Shown: positions 1 through 16,310 of the stretch, piece by piece
Layout: each line of letters opens with the position of its first letter
Position numbering within the stretch: the first letter of the stretch is position 1
From: Octopus vulgaris
Lineage: Eukaryota
Length of the DNA stretch: 64,000 nt
NCBI GenBank assembly: GCA_951406725.2
Contig: OX597822.1
Span: 50,468,001-50,532,000, forward strand
Direction of reading: 5' to 3'
Notes under the pieces: model-generated
What the model was told of the DNA's origin: nothing
Databases searched by the model: none
The model's input: the letters and a program-made list of their open reading frames with translations, nothing else
Made by a program: the position numbers and the translations under genes

Positions 1-3000
1 GTTCTTAAGCCGTTTCTATGCAATTTCAATTAATGGAAGCAATATTAAACCAATACCTCGTAGGTACGCAAACAGCTTAATAGGCAATACCGAAGTATTT
101 AATATCTATGTTTCTGTGAAGGCTGACACAGGATGAATGTATGATTGTCACGATACCCTAAAACTATAGCTTATTTTTGTACTCAAATTAATGATTTACA
201 TAGAATTTGAGGAATAACTGTCTTTTTTTCTTGTTTTTGCATTTCGATTCTAATAGATTTTAAGGAAATTAACAGCAAAGCAGGGAATGTGCAAATATTT
301 TGTAGCTCGGCAGCAAATAATAAATTAAGGTACAGCGAAAATAATTTATTAGATAAATTAATCAGGTACCTATGTCATCAACATACCGATCTGTGTTGCT
401 ACAGAGAGAAGCTGGTTTTATTTTCAGATTTATTACTGACAAAATCACATGCAGGTTATCATGAGTTCTTTGCGAAATATACCTACAAGATTTCGTGTGT
501 CATTTGTTATTACTTTAATTAAAAACCACTGATGAATACGTGATATTTACGGCTATCTATTATGTTTAGTTTATGATGTCAGAAGTAGACGTTGGGTCTA
601 TTATAGGTGATATAAACTATAGCCGTGAGATCTTTCATTCTTTATATAGTTATTTTAGGAAGACGGCCCCTTTAATTGTCAGTAGTGAGCATAAATGTTT
701 GTTAGGAAGATTGAAAATATATCCCTATTTTTAAATAACATTCTACTAAATAATTATGACGCAGTGTATGTGTGTGTATGTGTTCACCAATACATACGTA
801 CATACATATTGCATCTCTCCTTCAAGATGCTGCAAATAATTTATTGCACAATCAAAATAGAAAGAGGCCAGGTGCTGTCAATCAGTACGTATTCTTCTTC
901 TGGCTTTTTCTATCTATTTCATTTAATGGAAGCAATATTAAGCCAATACCTCGTTGGTATGAAAGCAGTTCTTTTATATGCAATACCGAAGTATTTAATA
1001 TCTATCGTAGGAAATACTAATTTTTCACCTAAAATGAACATCTATGAATTAATAAAGAATTTCAGTACTTTTGATTTCTAATTAAATTCCATTCATATAT
1101 CATACATAGTGTTTTCAATTGATTTGTGTAGATAGAAACGAATTCTGTCTTTTCATTATTTCTTGTTACAGTATTCAGTATAATCAGTGGTCTTCTAGCA
1201 TAATAGCATAATTAGAAAGAAAGGAATATATAATTACTTCGTGAAATGAAACAATATACTTCAATGAATGAATTATCCATCAGTCCTGAGAATACCATTC
1301 AGTACTTCGGAATTTAGTATATTCTATGTGTAATTTGGTTACTGCAAATAAAGGTCTATTGTACAAAACAGGCGGGAAAATGGATAAATATTTACTAAGA
1401 TTTCTGGATGCTATTGTAAGCACACTCTACACAGTGTAATAAATAATATTACCTATAGGTAGTTGTTTATATCTCATAATTTATATCACTAGTCCCATAA
1501 GGAATTCGTTTAGTGTAATATATTTATTAAGCAATAAATTTGGAGGCGTATTAATGCGTTTCTCCACACAAATATTATAAAATGCATACACACTTATATA
1601 GGTGATAGATGTGTGTATACGTTTGTGTGTGTTAATTTTTACTTTGAATAAATATGTTCATATACAGAGGAAAGGAAGTAAATGTAATAAGTGAAAAACT
1701 GACGTTATGCAGCACAAATACTCCTAAAGTAATGATGGGAAAATGATTCTTTGAAATATTTCCTTTATGAAAACAACAATGTTCAAAAGCCATAAATGTG
1801 TCCATGTATACCATTATTTGTACAACTTAGTGGCATATTCGATGTTAAAAATTTCCGGGGTTTAATTGCACCATTGAAATCAGTAACAATCAATAATAAT
1901 AAAGTTTGTTTATCTTCTGCAATTAAATTATTTCCTGATGTTGAATCATACTTTTAGACAAAGTAAACGATGTTCAATAAACCGGATCTTAGAGCTACTG
2001 TGTTTTATATTTGTATGTCTGGTGAGAGCAAGAATTAACCTTAATATTGAATTGTTATACAACGTTTACAGCAAAGAAGGGAATGGAAAGATAACAGAGA
2101 TAGTGATATTTCAACGACGTCCTATAATGAATATAGAACCAATAATATCACCTATAAAATCCTAAAATCACCACTACGAGCAACAACAACAACAACAACA
2201 TTACCGCCATCACTCTACTGCCATAATCACAGCAACAACCACCACTATCACCAGCAAAAACAAAAACAATAACAAGAACTAGTGTCATGGTAGCATCGAC
2301 AATATTTTAAGAACCACTATCGCTTCTATCCACGATACCAGTAAGACATATCCGAAAACACCTCAACCAACAGCACCACCATTATGAGGAACGAATTTCT
2401 CTAAGAACAACGATCGTTTGAAACGTGAAAATATCCGAAGACTTTGGCGCTTATTGAAGTATCATTGAGTTTCGCATTTCTAATAAACCTGATTGAAGGG
2501 AATATTATCGTGATTTTTAGTAATCATTTTGTTAGCGTTGGAACAGCACCCGAATTCCATTGAAATGAAACAAGTAAAAACTGCTCGCTTGAAATTTTTA
2601 AATAATTCTATTTATGTGTATTTCAATTTTGTATTGACTTTATGAATAAATTGCCTTTAAAAAAAATCTGATTTAGCAGATAACTAGCTCATTGCATTTT
2701 CAGTGTTACACAGTTGCATATAGTTTGTTGTGATTTTCATTGTATGCTTTATGAATTACGTACATTTTAGACTGGTAAATCATACACATCCACCTCCTAT
2801 AGGTTCATTACTAGCATACTTTGTTGTTTTTTTTCATACCTCAACATAATGAAGATAACAAGGAAAATATATTTGAGTAAATAGTAAATTAATGATTTAG
2901 AATGATACCTCTAATGTTGTTCTTTCTGCGTGTATTCAGTATAAAATAATAGCGGCTTACCTTACAGCTAATTCATACTGTTTGTTTCGTTATTTTTTAG

Positions 3001-4164
3001 TACCACTATCACAAGCGTTTTTAATAATAACTTCCCTTAGTATCACGAAATACTTTTCTGTGGACCCATCTCTCAGTTGGATCATAGACTATGGTGGAGT
3101 TGCAATTGTGCCGTGATGATACATGGCGTATCTTGGGCATTGTTAGAACCCAGATATTTTCATATTTCAACAAAGCAGATGTCTATCAGAAAGACACCCT
3201 CCTCACACACTATAACACGTTTATGCGAAAGAATGAAAAGAAGCAGGACTGATAATTTATTTATCGAATTTGAAAAGATAGATTTCACTCCCCTCGGCAG
3301 TAGCCATCAGAAATACCGAAAGGAACTCTAACAAATGCTTCAACACGTAGGTCAAGCCACTATATTGTTAACTGAAACACTACAATGAAATAATTGGCAA
3401 ACACAAATTATCATATGACACTAAACTGTTGAATATATCAAATGAAGCAATTTAGTCATGAAAAAATAATTTTAGATATTTAAGGACTAAAATATTTATT
3501 TTCATATTCCAATTCTTCCTTTATTTATTTATATATAGGACAGTCTATTATGTGATCTAAATTTGTTTTGTCACGTATGTTTGTTGACAATGAATTGTTC
3601 TCTTTATTTTCATTCGTGTCGCATATATAATAATTTAATCTATATCATATAGGAAAAAAAGTTGCTTATAGATGAGTTGAAACACTGTAACATTTACTGA
3701 AAGGTGCAATTATCACAGCCTACGTTGTTTTCAAAATTGTTGTTAAAAATTCCTACCAATATATATTTTTTGTTAAAATGTGGTTGTGTAGTTGCTTTAT
3801 TATTGACGATTACAGCACGCGCTTCAGTCACTAACATCACACTTATCACCATTACATCTCTATCTTTTTCTCACTACCGATATACGTCTCCGCACTTCTC
3901 TCTGTCTTTCACTTACTCACTATCGCTGCATTCAATTGCTTTCACTAAAACAACGGAATAACAAACGTTGTTTGAAATATTTTCAGCATATTCACGTAGA
4001 ATGCTGTTTTAGTTATAAAAAAATATGGTAACCATGCGCATTTGAATATAGAAAGACGTGGCTTATTTTCTATTATTCAATTAGCGCTATATACATTGAA
4101 ATTTTCTCTCAACGAACTCCTCCCTTCATTTATAACGCTTCTATTATGTATATACCTATATGCC

Positions 4165-5625
<1,461 letters not shown>

Positions 5626-5849
5626 ATTAATATTAATATTAAGGAAGTTATTTCCGAGTCCACAGGGGACAGGATTTCAATTTAGTGGTACTAAAATTAA
5701 TTACTCACTGTCTTATATAAATATATATGGATAGGTTTAAGAGACAGAATCACCTTCAAGCTATTCAATCATCATTGAACAACATTATCTACGATAGGTA
5801 CATATAGAAGTAAATATTAAAATTATCAAAATTGATACCTTCAAGAGCT

Positions 5850-6543
5850 GCGGAAGAACAGTGGGTAATCAAAAACACCAAACAAAACCCCAAAGCTTCT
5901 CTTAATATGCAAATAAGTATACAACCGCTGACTCACACAATCGCCCATTGATCGATGATAACGGCATTCCCCAACACGATGCTAAAGAAATGGCAGAAAT
6001 AATGCAGAAACAATACTGCTCTGTCATTAGTGATCCCACTGATATTGACGTAAGAGGAATGAACGAAGTTGAATCCCCACATACAATCTCAGACATAACC
6101 TTCACTGCCTCTGACATCATAGCAGCAATAAATGAGTTCAAATACTATTCTGCTGCAGGCCCTGGTAGATTCCCCGCTAGTCTCCTGAAGGAATGTAGAC
6201 CCTCTGACCAACCTCTGGCGAAATTCTTTAGACTCAGGTTATATACTGAAACAAGTCCTATCCCAGTCTGTCATCCCGGCTTTCAGACAGGGAAACAGAT
6301 CCCTCGCAGTCAACTATCGCCCAATCTCACTCACTTCCCACATCATTAAATTGTTTGAAAGAGTGGTAAGATCAAGGATAGGCGCAGGAGTAGCTGTGTG
6401 GTAAGTAGCTTGCTAACCAACCGCATGATTCCGGGTTCAGTCCCACTGCGTGGCATCTTGGGCAAGTGTCTTCTGCTATAGCCCCGGGTCGACCAATGCC
6501 TTGTGAGTGGATTTGGTAGACGGAAACTGAAAGAAGCCTTTCG

Positions 6544-6574
<31 letters not shown>

Positions 6575-7110
6575 ATGTTTGTGTGTCTGTGTTTGTCCCC
6601 TTAACATTGCATGACAACCGATGCTGGTGTGTTTACGTCCCCGTAACTTAGCGGTTCGGCAAAAGAGACCGATAGAATAAGTACTGGCCTTACAAAGAAT
6701 AAGTCCCGGGGTCGATTTGCTCGAATAAAGGCGGTGCTCCAGCATGGCCGCGGTCAAATGACTGAAACTCCTAAATGCAAATCAGCATAGCTTTCGCTGT
6801 GGCAGGGACTAACACAGCTCTTACTAAACGAATTGAAAGCATTACTGATCTCGATTATTGGGACCGCTTTAAAGACTTGAAACCCTTTTCCCCTCAGTGA
6901 CGTCGCGAACTGTTCATCATTTGGCCGATGTGGGGAAACACATTGTTCCGAAAGAGATCAGATGCCATCAATTTTAAACGCAATCTGGACAGATTTCTTG
7001 AAGGAATACCGGATAAACCACGTATACCTGGATACAACTCACTACTTGAATGGACCATAAACAAAATTTTACTTAAACAGCATTTAGATAATCCTATCAG
7101 GTGGTGCTGT
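5850..7110 (+). mobile_element. Degenerate CR1/L2-group LINE reverse-transcriptase fragment, interrupted by a SINE
   Basis: Translated motifs SAAGPGRFPASLLKEC and NYRPISLTSHIIKLFERVVR. The frame resumes after the SINE as LNANQHSFRCGR, and the 3' part reads FKRNLDRFLEGIPDKP. Frameshifts and deletions present. Confidence 0.75.
6379..6768 (+). mobile_element. tRNA-derived SINE, full length
   Basis: A-box-like gtagctgtgtggtaag and B-box gggttcagtccc. A second full copy lies at 62477-62880. Confidence 0.85.
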
Positions 7111-7165
7111 TAAGTTAGACATGGCATGGACCAATCACTGCTCAAAACATATCTATGTTCATAAG

Positions 7166-7208
<43 letters not shown>

Positions 7209-7245
7209 GGACCAATCATTGCTCAAAACATATCTATGTTCATAA

Positions 7246-7282
<37 letters not shown>

Positions 7283-7454
7283 AAACTATCGTAGTGCGCT
7301 TGAAGCATTGCGTATTGTTTATAAAATATAATTTCTTGAATGGCACAAAAAGGTACTATAATATCAACAATATACTATAATAACTACTTGTAACAATTAT
7401 AACATACTGTTTATGCAATTTAATTCACATTATTTAATATACATACGTTAACCA

Positions 7455-7762
7455 TGGGCCGAACATACCCTTGTGTGTGGATTTGGTAGACGGTAATTGA
7501 AAGAGTCCTGTTGCATATATGCGTATATATGTGTGGGTGTCTGTTTTTGTAACACCACCAACTTTTTGAAACCGATGTTTTTGTGGTTATAAACCCGAAA
7601 CCTTGCAGTTTGGCATAAGTACAATACAAAGAATAAATCTTGGGGGAGATTTTTCGACTAAATGCGGTGCTCTATCGTGGCCGCTCTCAAATTACTGAAA
7701 GAAGTAGAAGAATAAAAACCTATGTTATTTTAATCCCGAGCCATGCCTGGCATCTCTTGCAC
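7455..7762 (+). mobile_element. SINE-derived fragment ending in a degenerate Helitron-like 3' terminus
   Basis: SINE body followed by ttttaatcccgagccatgcctggcatctc. Same composite as 60865-61186. Confidence 0.55.
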
Positions 7763-7780
7763 TATATATATCTATATCTA

Positions 7781-7871
<91 letters not shown>

Positions 7872-7889
7872 GTATGTATGTATCTATAT

Positions 7890-9133
7890 ATATCATCAGA
7901 GTAAAATGTAAGCAACGTTTTGAAACGTTAATTTCATCACAGTATTTTCGAGAATGCGAACGTTTTATTAATAAAAATAAGTCCCACTATAATCGACATA
8001 CTTTTGCCAACGAGTTACAATTTATTTTCTTCCAGTATCATAAAAATATCGAGTTCTGTAGCTGATGATCTCTGTGAAACCAATTTCAGCCTCGCTTTTG
8101 GACTCGCAGGAAACCATCAAGTTGCTTGAAAATGTTTTAATCGGTAGGTGAAAGGTTTGGGAAATTGTGTTGGTGGTGGAAATTCGTAGCCAACTTCTGG
8201 AAGTCACTAGTAAAACGTTGGGTCGATCATTATCAGGAAGAATGATTGCCCCTCTTCTGTTGTCCAGTTTAGAACATAGGAGTAGCAGCTTTTAGTTTAA
8301 GTTGTCCTTTTCATAGCAATATATTTCTGCAGTAATGGCTGTTCCGGGTTTGAAGAATTAATACTGGATCAGTCCTGCAGAAAACCAACAAACAATCACC
8401 ATAATCTTCTTTTTGAAGAGCTCAGTTGTAGGCAAGGTTTACGGTACATCATATTGGTCCACCTACTGCAAAGGACGTCTTCTGTTATTGTGCAGAAACC
8501 ACTTTTCATCGCAAGTTACAATACGGTCGAGAAATGGTTACTGTCTGATTACAGAGAAGGATCGACAAGCAAAATTCATAACTGCGCATTTTCTGATTTT
8601 CATTCAAATCGAGTGGTACCTATTTATCGAGCATTTTTGATTTTACGTTCGCATACAAATGGTTGCAGACAGTTTTCTGGTAAACTTTATGGTTATTGTT
8701 GCCAGTTCTCCAGTGTTTTTACGTGGATAGTTCTCAATGACAATCTTTAATTGACCGTCATCGATGACAGATGGGCGTCCACGACGCTCACGATCTTGAA
8801 GGCGAATCGTTTAAACCATTTTCCAACTGACCACTCACTTGTAATTTCCTCATCAAAAGTTTCTTTGATATCGTGAGCAGTTTCAGATGCTTTACTTCCT
8901 TTCTTGAAGTTGGATACTAAAATTGCTCGAAAAGCGCGATTTCATAGTTCCCTTTCAGATTATTGTAACAACGGTGAAAAAAAATCAATGATAATTTATT
9001 GATGCATTTGGACCAGTGTATATCTATAGTATCACACAATTACAATAACATGTTTAAAACAATTTTAACTCTGCTAAAATCTGGTACAAATTCTTCATGG
9101 TCCAAAATCTTGCTTACGTATTACACAACTTTA
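7890..9133 (-). mobile_element. Decayed mariner transposon
   Basis: Minus-strand motifs RRGRPSVID, PFLDRIVTCDEKW, IMVIVCWFSAGLI and IILPDNDRP. Degenerate terminal repeats (gtaa.a.gtaagcaa) at both ends. Many stops. Confidence 0.85.
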
Positions 9134-9143
9134 TATATATATA

Positions 9144-9189
<46 letters not shown>

Positions 9190-9546
9190 CATATATACAT
9201 AACCATATATATATACATATATATACATATATATATATATATACATACATATATAATGAACTCCTCGCCTTTTCAAGAACATGAATTTTTTATATTTGAT
9301 TCTATTGAATGTATGTCACAATTATGCACTATTACATCATACTCTTTAAACATATAGCATGGACTATCTTTATTAAATATATAAAAAAAAATTTGATAAG
9401 GTTCGTTATTTCAAGAACCGAAACATGTTAAATTAAAATTTGTCTAATATAGCGGCATTTTCAAACTTCATTTTTTACAAATATACATATATATATATAC
9501 ATATATATATCTAATATACATATATATATATACATATATATATGTA

Positions 9547-9580
<34 letters not shown>

Positions 9581-9779
9581 CTGGCATTCTTGTGTTTTTA
9601 AGAACATTCTTTTTAGAGAACAGTTATCGTTTAGAGAAACTGAAGATATGTCTAGTTGACGCTAGATATGAAACCAATGGTATTTCTCTAAAACTGTTAC
9701 TTTGCACACACACACAGTCACACACGCCCACACACACATATGTATATATACTGCCTCTCACTGCGTCGAAACATTTGTC

Positions 9780-10690
9780 ATGACTCAGGCAAACAATGGC
9801 AGATACATTACTCCAGAGGACAGTGAGGGAGCTGCAGTGGAACCCTCACTTTGAGTCATGGGACTCTGACTTGTGGCCAGCAATCTGTGTCTCGATAGTG
9901 GTAAGCAGGGATATGGTTCTAGGGAGTGAACTGCCAGAGGCCCGACAATAGACCTGTCGGACAACGACCACAAACCGGTACTTGGGACATTTTTGCGACC
10001 CTGTATGTATATATATATTGCCTTCCCCGCTCTCTCTCTTGCTCACTCTTCCCCTTCTCTCTTTTGCCGCTTTTCTTCTTCTATCTCTCTCTCTCCCTCT
10101 CTCTTCCTCATATTCGCCACTCCTGGCCACTTCCTTTCGCCTCCTGCTTTCAAGCTGAAAGGACGTGTTCCCTTCCGCTGCTACTACAACATCCTCGTCT
10201 TGCCAAACAAAAGCCTTTTCATTTTGTTTTTCTCGTTTGTTTTCTTGTCTTTTGATTTCTCGTATTGTATTTTCTTTTTATTTCTCGTTTTGTATTTTCT
10301 TGTACGTGTATCTTTATCTTGTATTTTTTTTATTTTTTTTATTTTGCATTTGTATCGTTTTTACGTCCTGTTTTTGTCACATGTTTTTCTTGTCTGTTTT
10401 TGCCCCTATGCGAAGCAATTTTATTTTAATTCTCTCGCAATGAAGGACTAGTTGACGAGTCGTGTCCTGTTTTATTCTTCGAAACACGCTTGAGTTAGCT
10501 AGAGACAGCTGATGAACCGGGGATTTTTCCTGTGTGGTTTGTCCTGTACCTTGTTTTTCTGTTGTAAAAAATAATGTTTTTCCCGTTTTCGTTTCGTCTC
10601 TGATTTTTTGTTGTAAAAATATGGCTTGTCCGTTTCGTTTTTCGTTGAGTTCTACGTCTAGTTCCAGTGTCCTGTACTCACGTATATATA
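9780..10690. repeat. Non-coding interspersed repeat, possibly Penelope-associated
   Basis: Shares blocks with 14300-14600 (gacag..ctgatgaa..tcctgt) and, inverted, with 23205-23250 (acgtgagtacagga..agacgtagaa). Confidence 0.4.
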
Positions 10691-10769
10691 TTTATATATG
10701 CATGTATATATACATGTAGATGTAGGTACGTACATATATGTTTTTATGCATGCATATATTTTATTTATT

Positions 10770-10807
<38 letters not shown>

Positions 10808-10969
10808 GTTTGCAAAATTCTTGATGTGAAATCGTGTGTTGAAACAGATGTTGTTGTATTTAGGAAAGGTCATTTTGCCAGCTTAGCCAATAAAGACACA
10901 GGCACTATATATTTGGTGTTAATTTGCTTCAGCTTTATATATTTTATACATTGATCTTAATCTTATTTC

Positions 10970-11014
10970 GGCCAGAGTTCTTTCGTCACACTTCTGTGAC
11001 CTCATCAGAGGTCC
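10970..11014 (-). ncRNA. Degenerate minimal type I hammerhead ribozyme
   Basis: Minus strand reads GGACCT CTGATGA G GTCAC-agaagt-GTGAC GAAA GAAC TC TGGCC. Core and stem II are intact; stem I is partly mismatched. Confidence 0.6.
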
Positions 11015-11242
11015 TTTGCTTTCTTCTTTCTTATTTGTGTGTCTCTCCGTATTAACAGTCGGCCGGTTTCAAATTTTGTATTCCTATTGTATTTGTCTTT
11101 ATTTGCGCATGCGTATACCCCTATGTGTGTCTATGCTTAGTTAATGTATGTGCGGGGGGAAGTGCCTGTATTATTTGTACTTCCTGTTTATACACGTTCG
11201 TGTAATTTGTTTTTGTTAATTTTGTTCATGTATATATATACG

Positions 11243-11291
<49 letters not shown>

Positions 11292-11333
11292 ATGTGTATA
11301 CGTTCGTGTAATTTGTCTTTGTTTATTTTGTTC

Positions 11334-11374
<41 letters not shown>

Positions 11375-11395
11375 TATAGTTTTATATATGTATAT

Positions 11396-11454
<59 letters not shown>

Positions 11455-12388
11455 TACACATAAATTGACATACAGACATGAATCTTACAAAAGAGCTCAA
11501 ACAGTAAGTAGTGTAGAACTCCATGTTAATATGCACAAGGAATTCGTTCCAAAAGTATATATACACAAATGAGCACGTGTAGGTGTCTATCACTTCATTT
11601 CTAACTAATTATCACTTTACCTACGTAGTCATTTATCTATCTATCTCGTGCGCAAAACATCTCTCTTTACCTAATCTTTTATCTACCCAGATTGAGCATA
11701 CGTATTATTATCATAAAATAATAAAGAAAAACTAGTATTAATAATTGCCAGTGATAGACATTTATTCCATCCCGGTTATAGATTATCACAATATAGAATA
11801 TACATATGAATGTACATCTTACCATATAAAATGTTAAAAGTAACATTTTAAGTAGAACGTATAATTCTAAGCACAGGATATATTAATGTAAAACCAAACG
11901 GTATAAAAATGTATGTAATATATAAAAATATAGACTACAGAATAAGGTAAACGTGAATGTAAAGAATATCCTATAGTATAATATAATGTCAGAAATAGAG
12001 ATAAAAGTATATAAGAGATTTCAATTTGAAAGGAAATCATAGCCAATAAAAAGATGATTGAAATGCATATATTATCGATTATGAAATGTAAATTATAGAA
12101 TGTAGCTAAAAACAACATCATAAAATAGAAAAGGGAATAGAAAATTATAAGTAGAATATACATGAAATAAAATCTAATAATATATAGGCAAAAGCATAAT
12201 ATATAAGATACAAAATAAGGTAAAAGTGAGTGAAAAGAATATTATAAAATATATACCATTGATGAGAAGAAATCTAAGACAATTGAGAAATTTCATGTCG
12301 CACGAAAATGTTTGTTGATTTATGGGATTTAGTTTTCGTCAAAAGTGTGGCATAGAATTTTTTTTTAATGAGACGGTGTGTATCAGAG

Positions 12389-12425
<37 letters not shown>

Positions 12426-14226
12426 TATATATACACGCATATGTATTTATGTATGTATATATGTATGTATTTGATCGTGTGCGTTAAGTTTTCTTATTTC
12501 CCAAGAAAGAGCTTTGCAGGCAGTATTACAGCTTTTGATAATAGGAAAAGCTACGAAATTTTCTTGATCGACCAGAACTTTCAGAATATTGGACACTAAA
12601 GATATATATATATATATATATATATATACCAAAATTAATTAAAACTTCCTTGAGGGCTTAATTCAACATATTTCTTTCCATCGCACCCTCATGATTTGAT
12701 TACCCAATCAGTTAGCTGTTACTGCCGACACGTTTGAAAAAAATACTACTGCCAGTATACGAAGCAACCATTTTTTACTTAAGGGTATACTCAATAATAA
12801 TATATGTGATCTCAGCTGCAATGAAAAAGTAATAAATTAGGGAACTACCTCAACTCTGACTGCTTTACTTGGTATGTTCTGGCTTTCTTTCAGGAGCTGT
12901 TTCTGGTACAGAGAAAATTTGGGTAAAGTTGCTCTTGTGTGTGCTTCCTGAGCTACCTGCCACGTATACACACACACTGCACTAACCATACAAACAGAAC
13001 AAATCACTCACAAATGCAGTACACCCCCCAGGCAAACTACATAAACCATACACACATATATACGCACACACAAACGCATACACAGCACCAACATACACGA
13101 AGCGCACATGCAAATACATACACACCACCCAGATAAACCCAACACATACGGACACACACAGAACCCCTGATAAATACAACACCCACCCACACGTACACAC
13201 ACACTCACGTACACCCATAACATCCCCGCCAACACAAAAACACACAAACATACACGCGCGCACAAATAAACGCACACATACACACACGCGAACAAACACA
13301 TATACACACATGCGCACACACAACACCCCGACAAATACATATCACACACATACACACACAACACCACGACAATCATAACATCACAAACATACTCAGACAG
13401 ACAGACACGCACACACACTCACGTACACACACATAACCTCCCCACAAATACTAAAAACACACAAGCATACACACGCACTCACAGACGCACACGTACACAC
13501 ACGCGAACAACCACATAAATACACATGCGCACACACAACACCCTAACAAATATTAATCACACACATACACACACATAAACGTGCACACATATGCACACAC
13601 CGTCCTACCAAATATAAAACACACCGAGACACATTTACACACACCACAATAAACTCTGGGACCAATCAAAAACGGTCCACACACAAACACCAACGCATGT
13701 ATATACACACACACATAGAGACGTACACAAGCACACACACAATCACACCATTCTAACCTCGAAGACCAGTTCCAAAAACCAATGAACCATGACAGAAACA
13801 AACAACTTTTTCAATACGGCATTGCTCAAACTTCCCCCACCTCAACTAACCTCCCACACTGTCCCTTAAAATAACAAACAACTCTTAACTTCACACAAAA
13901 TAAAAAATGCTAAAACAGGTCAGTTCATCTCAAATTCTTGAAAACTCCTAAATATATCTACTTCTGTGTATATATATACTACCAAACATGATTTTTATTG
14001 AACCCCAATTTTTTTTTTAAAATATATTCTCAAGATATTTCCTTGTAAGCCGTTTTAACATTTTCTTATTATTATCAAAGAATATATATATGTATTTTAA
14101 TACTTTTGTGATAACCAGTACTTAACATAACAAAGCATATACAAAGCTTTACATTTTCCTTTTTCTAAAAAAGTGAAACCGGTCAAGTGAATAAATATCT
14201 TTAAAATTGCATTTGCAAAGCTTCTG

Positions 14227-14279
<53 letters not shown>

Positions 14280-15989
14280 TCTTCCAGTATTCACTATTCT
14301 CCTTTCGTTCCGATCTAACGACACTCCAAATCTATTTTCGTTCGGTTTCCTTGTCTCCACTGTTACTTTTTTCCCCAACTTCTATTTTAGAATCCATGGC
14401 CGCAACTCTCTTTGAAGAGTTATGTTGTAGTTTGAATGCTGGAAATGACGAGTAGATAGACAGGCAACAACTGATGAAGTGTCACTTTTCTTTGTTATCC
14501 TGTCCTGTTTTCCATTTTTTTCTCTTTGTTTACGTATTTCACTCGTTTTTGTCGCGTAATTACTGCCCACGGTTTGTATCTATCTTTCGTCTCGTGTATG
14601 TGTTATCTGCACCGATTATCATGTCTTCTACACTTATATGCATGTCTATATATATATATGAAGTATGAGGAAAAGAAACCAAATTTCTAGTTGTAGATTG
14701 TTGCCGATCTTTAATTCATAATACAGGTTTGTACAGATCCAATATAAATTCTATAAATTGTTTCGGAGCCTATTTAATTCCGAAGTCAAAACGGAAAAGT
14801 CTTCTTGAAATGAAACATAGATTCTTGGACAGGAATTACATATTGGTATGAATAATTCAGAACCACAATAATATGTAAAAAAACACTCTAGAGTTTAATT
14901 AAAAATACAATTCCCGATATGTAAGTATCAAGTAAAGGCAGATGAATTTTATGAAACAAAAATTAACTACGAAAATAATAGGTTTATCTAATTAAAAATT
15001 AAGAAAATAAAAGTTTATAACTACAAACTGACATACTATTCACTAAGAATTAATAATTATCCTAATTCAAAGTTAATAATAGTGTAATGTCAAAATAGTG
15101 TAATAAAATAAAAATCAAGATAAAGCAATTCATTGTTTACAAAATAGCCACCTACACGCTAAACAATAAAACAGAGAATGAGTAGTATCAGTGAAGGGAG
15201 AGGTGATAAAATATTCAAACAGTAAAGGAGAGGTAGAGAGATTAATAGCCATGACTAAAAGAGTGAGAGAAAAAATAGCCGTTTGAGAAGGAAAAACCTA
15301 TCTTCTGTTCTTAACATATTAGAAAGAAAGGGGCGAATACAATGATAAAGAAGGAAGGGATGAAAACACAGCCATTCAACACTATGAGTATATGTGTATA
15401 TGTATGTGTATGATAAACGGAGGTATATGAATATTTGTGTATGAGTGTTCGTGTCTATGTGTGTGTGTGACTGTGTGAGTGTTTGTGTACGTAATGGAAA
15501 TAGAATAGTGAATGCACAACTGACAGAATTCCAATTCTGTTTGAGTATATGTGTGTATGTGCGTGCTTCGGAAGTATGAGAATGCTTGTATCTGTCATTA
15601 TTCCGTACCTCATTTTCTAATTTATTTAAATAAAAATTAGCGGTCATTATAAACGACACGGTGTCAGCTAATAAGTAAATAAATAGAAATGTCAAAACGG
15701 TTGTAAGATAATTATATTAATTAAATGTAAATATCCACCGTCACATAATCACAGTTGAACCAAAATTAAAACACTCAGAATGTCTTTAAAAATAAGTAAC
15801 ATAAATTTTTTTTAACGTTTAAAAATGCGAGAGGAACCAACTTGCGTAATAAATAGAAAAAGTGAAACAGAAATTATCAAGCTTTCAAAAACTACTGAAT
15901 CAAAATAAAAGCAGATAGACTAAAACACTTATAATAGACATTCTTATTTATCATTTTTAAACACACATATATTCGTATGAACAAAGAAA

Positions 15990-16310
15990 AAATCCTTTCA
16001 GATATATTTTAGCAGCATTCTTCTAGAAAATAAAATCAAAAGTAATTCCTCAGAACAGAGATAGCAGAACCTATTACCAAACGTATAAGACGGCGACTTC
16101 CCTACAATACTCCATTCGATAAAATACGTTTTATTATTACGTTTAAGATTCCAGGTGAAATTACTAAGACTAGTAGATGGAGTCGTATTTCTGTTCCGAA
16201 AGGAATGGTAGTGATTCGAAACCCTATCCTTTATATAATTAGAAGAATATCCAATGTACAAGTAATCATTACCCTCAGAAATAACATCAGCTTGATAAAT
16301 GTCTTCCCTA
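15990..16310 (-). mobile_element. Penelope-like element GIY-YIG endonuclease fragment
   Basis: ORF 15998-16261: YIG..IKDRVSNHYHSFR..STSLSNFTWNLK..IEWSIV..CYLCSEELLLI, typical of the PLE C-terminus. Confidence 0.8.

Noticed and set aside
6379-6460. tRNA gene-like A/B boxes (also 22470-22548, 46450-46520, 61350-61440)
   Set aside because: They continue into repeated SINE bodies and lack a full cloverleaf.
7128-7280. Local duplication of ggaccaatca..cataagta plus (TA)n
   Set aside because: Simple slippage duplication at a LINE end and TA tract; no sign of function.
8060-8090. CTGATGA...GAAA hammerhead-like words
   Set aside because: No stems can form, and it lies in the antisense of mariner coding sequence.
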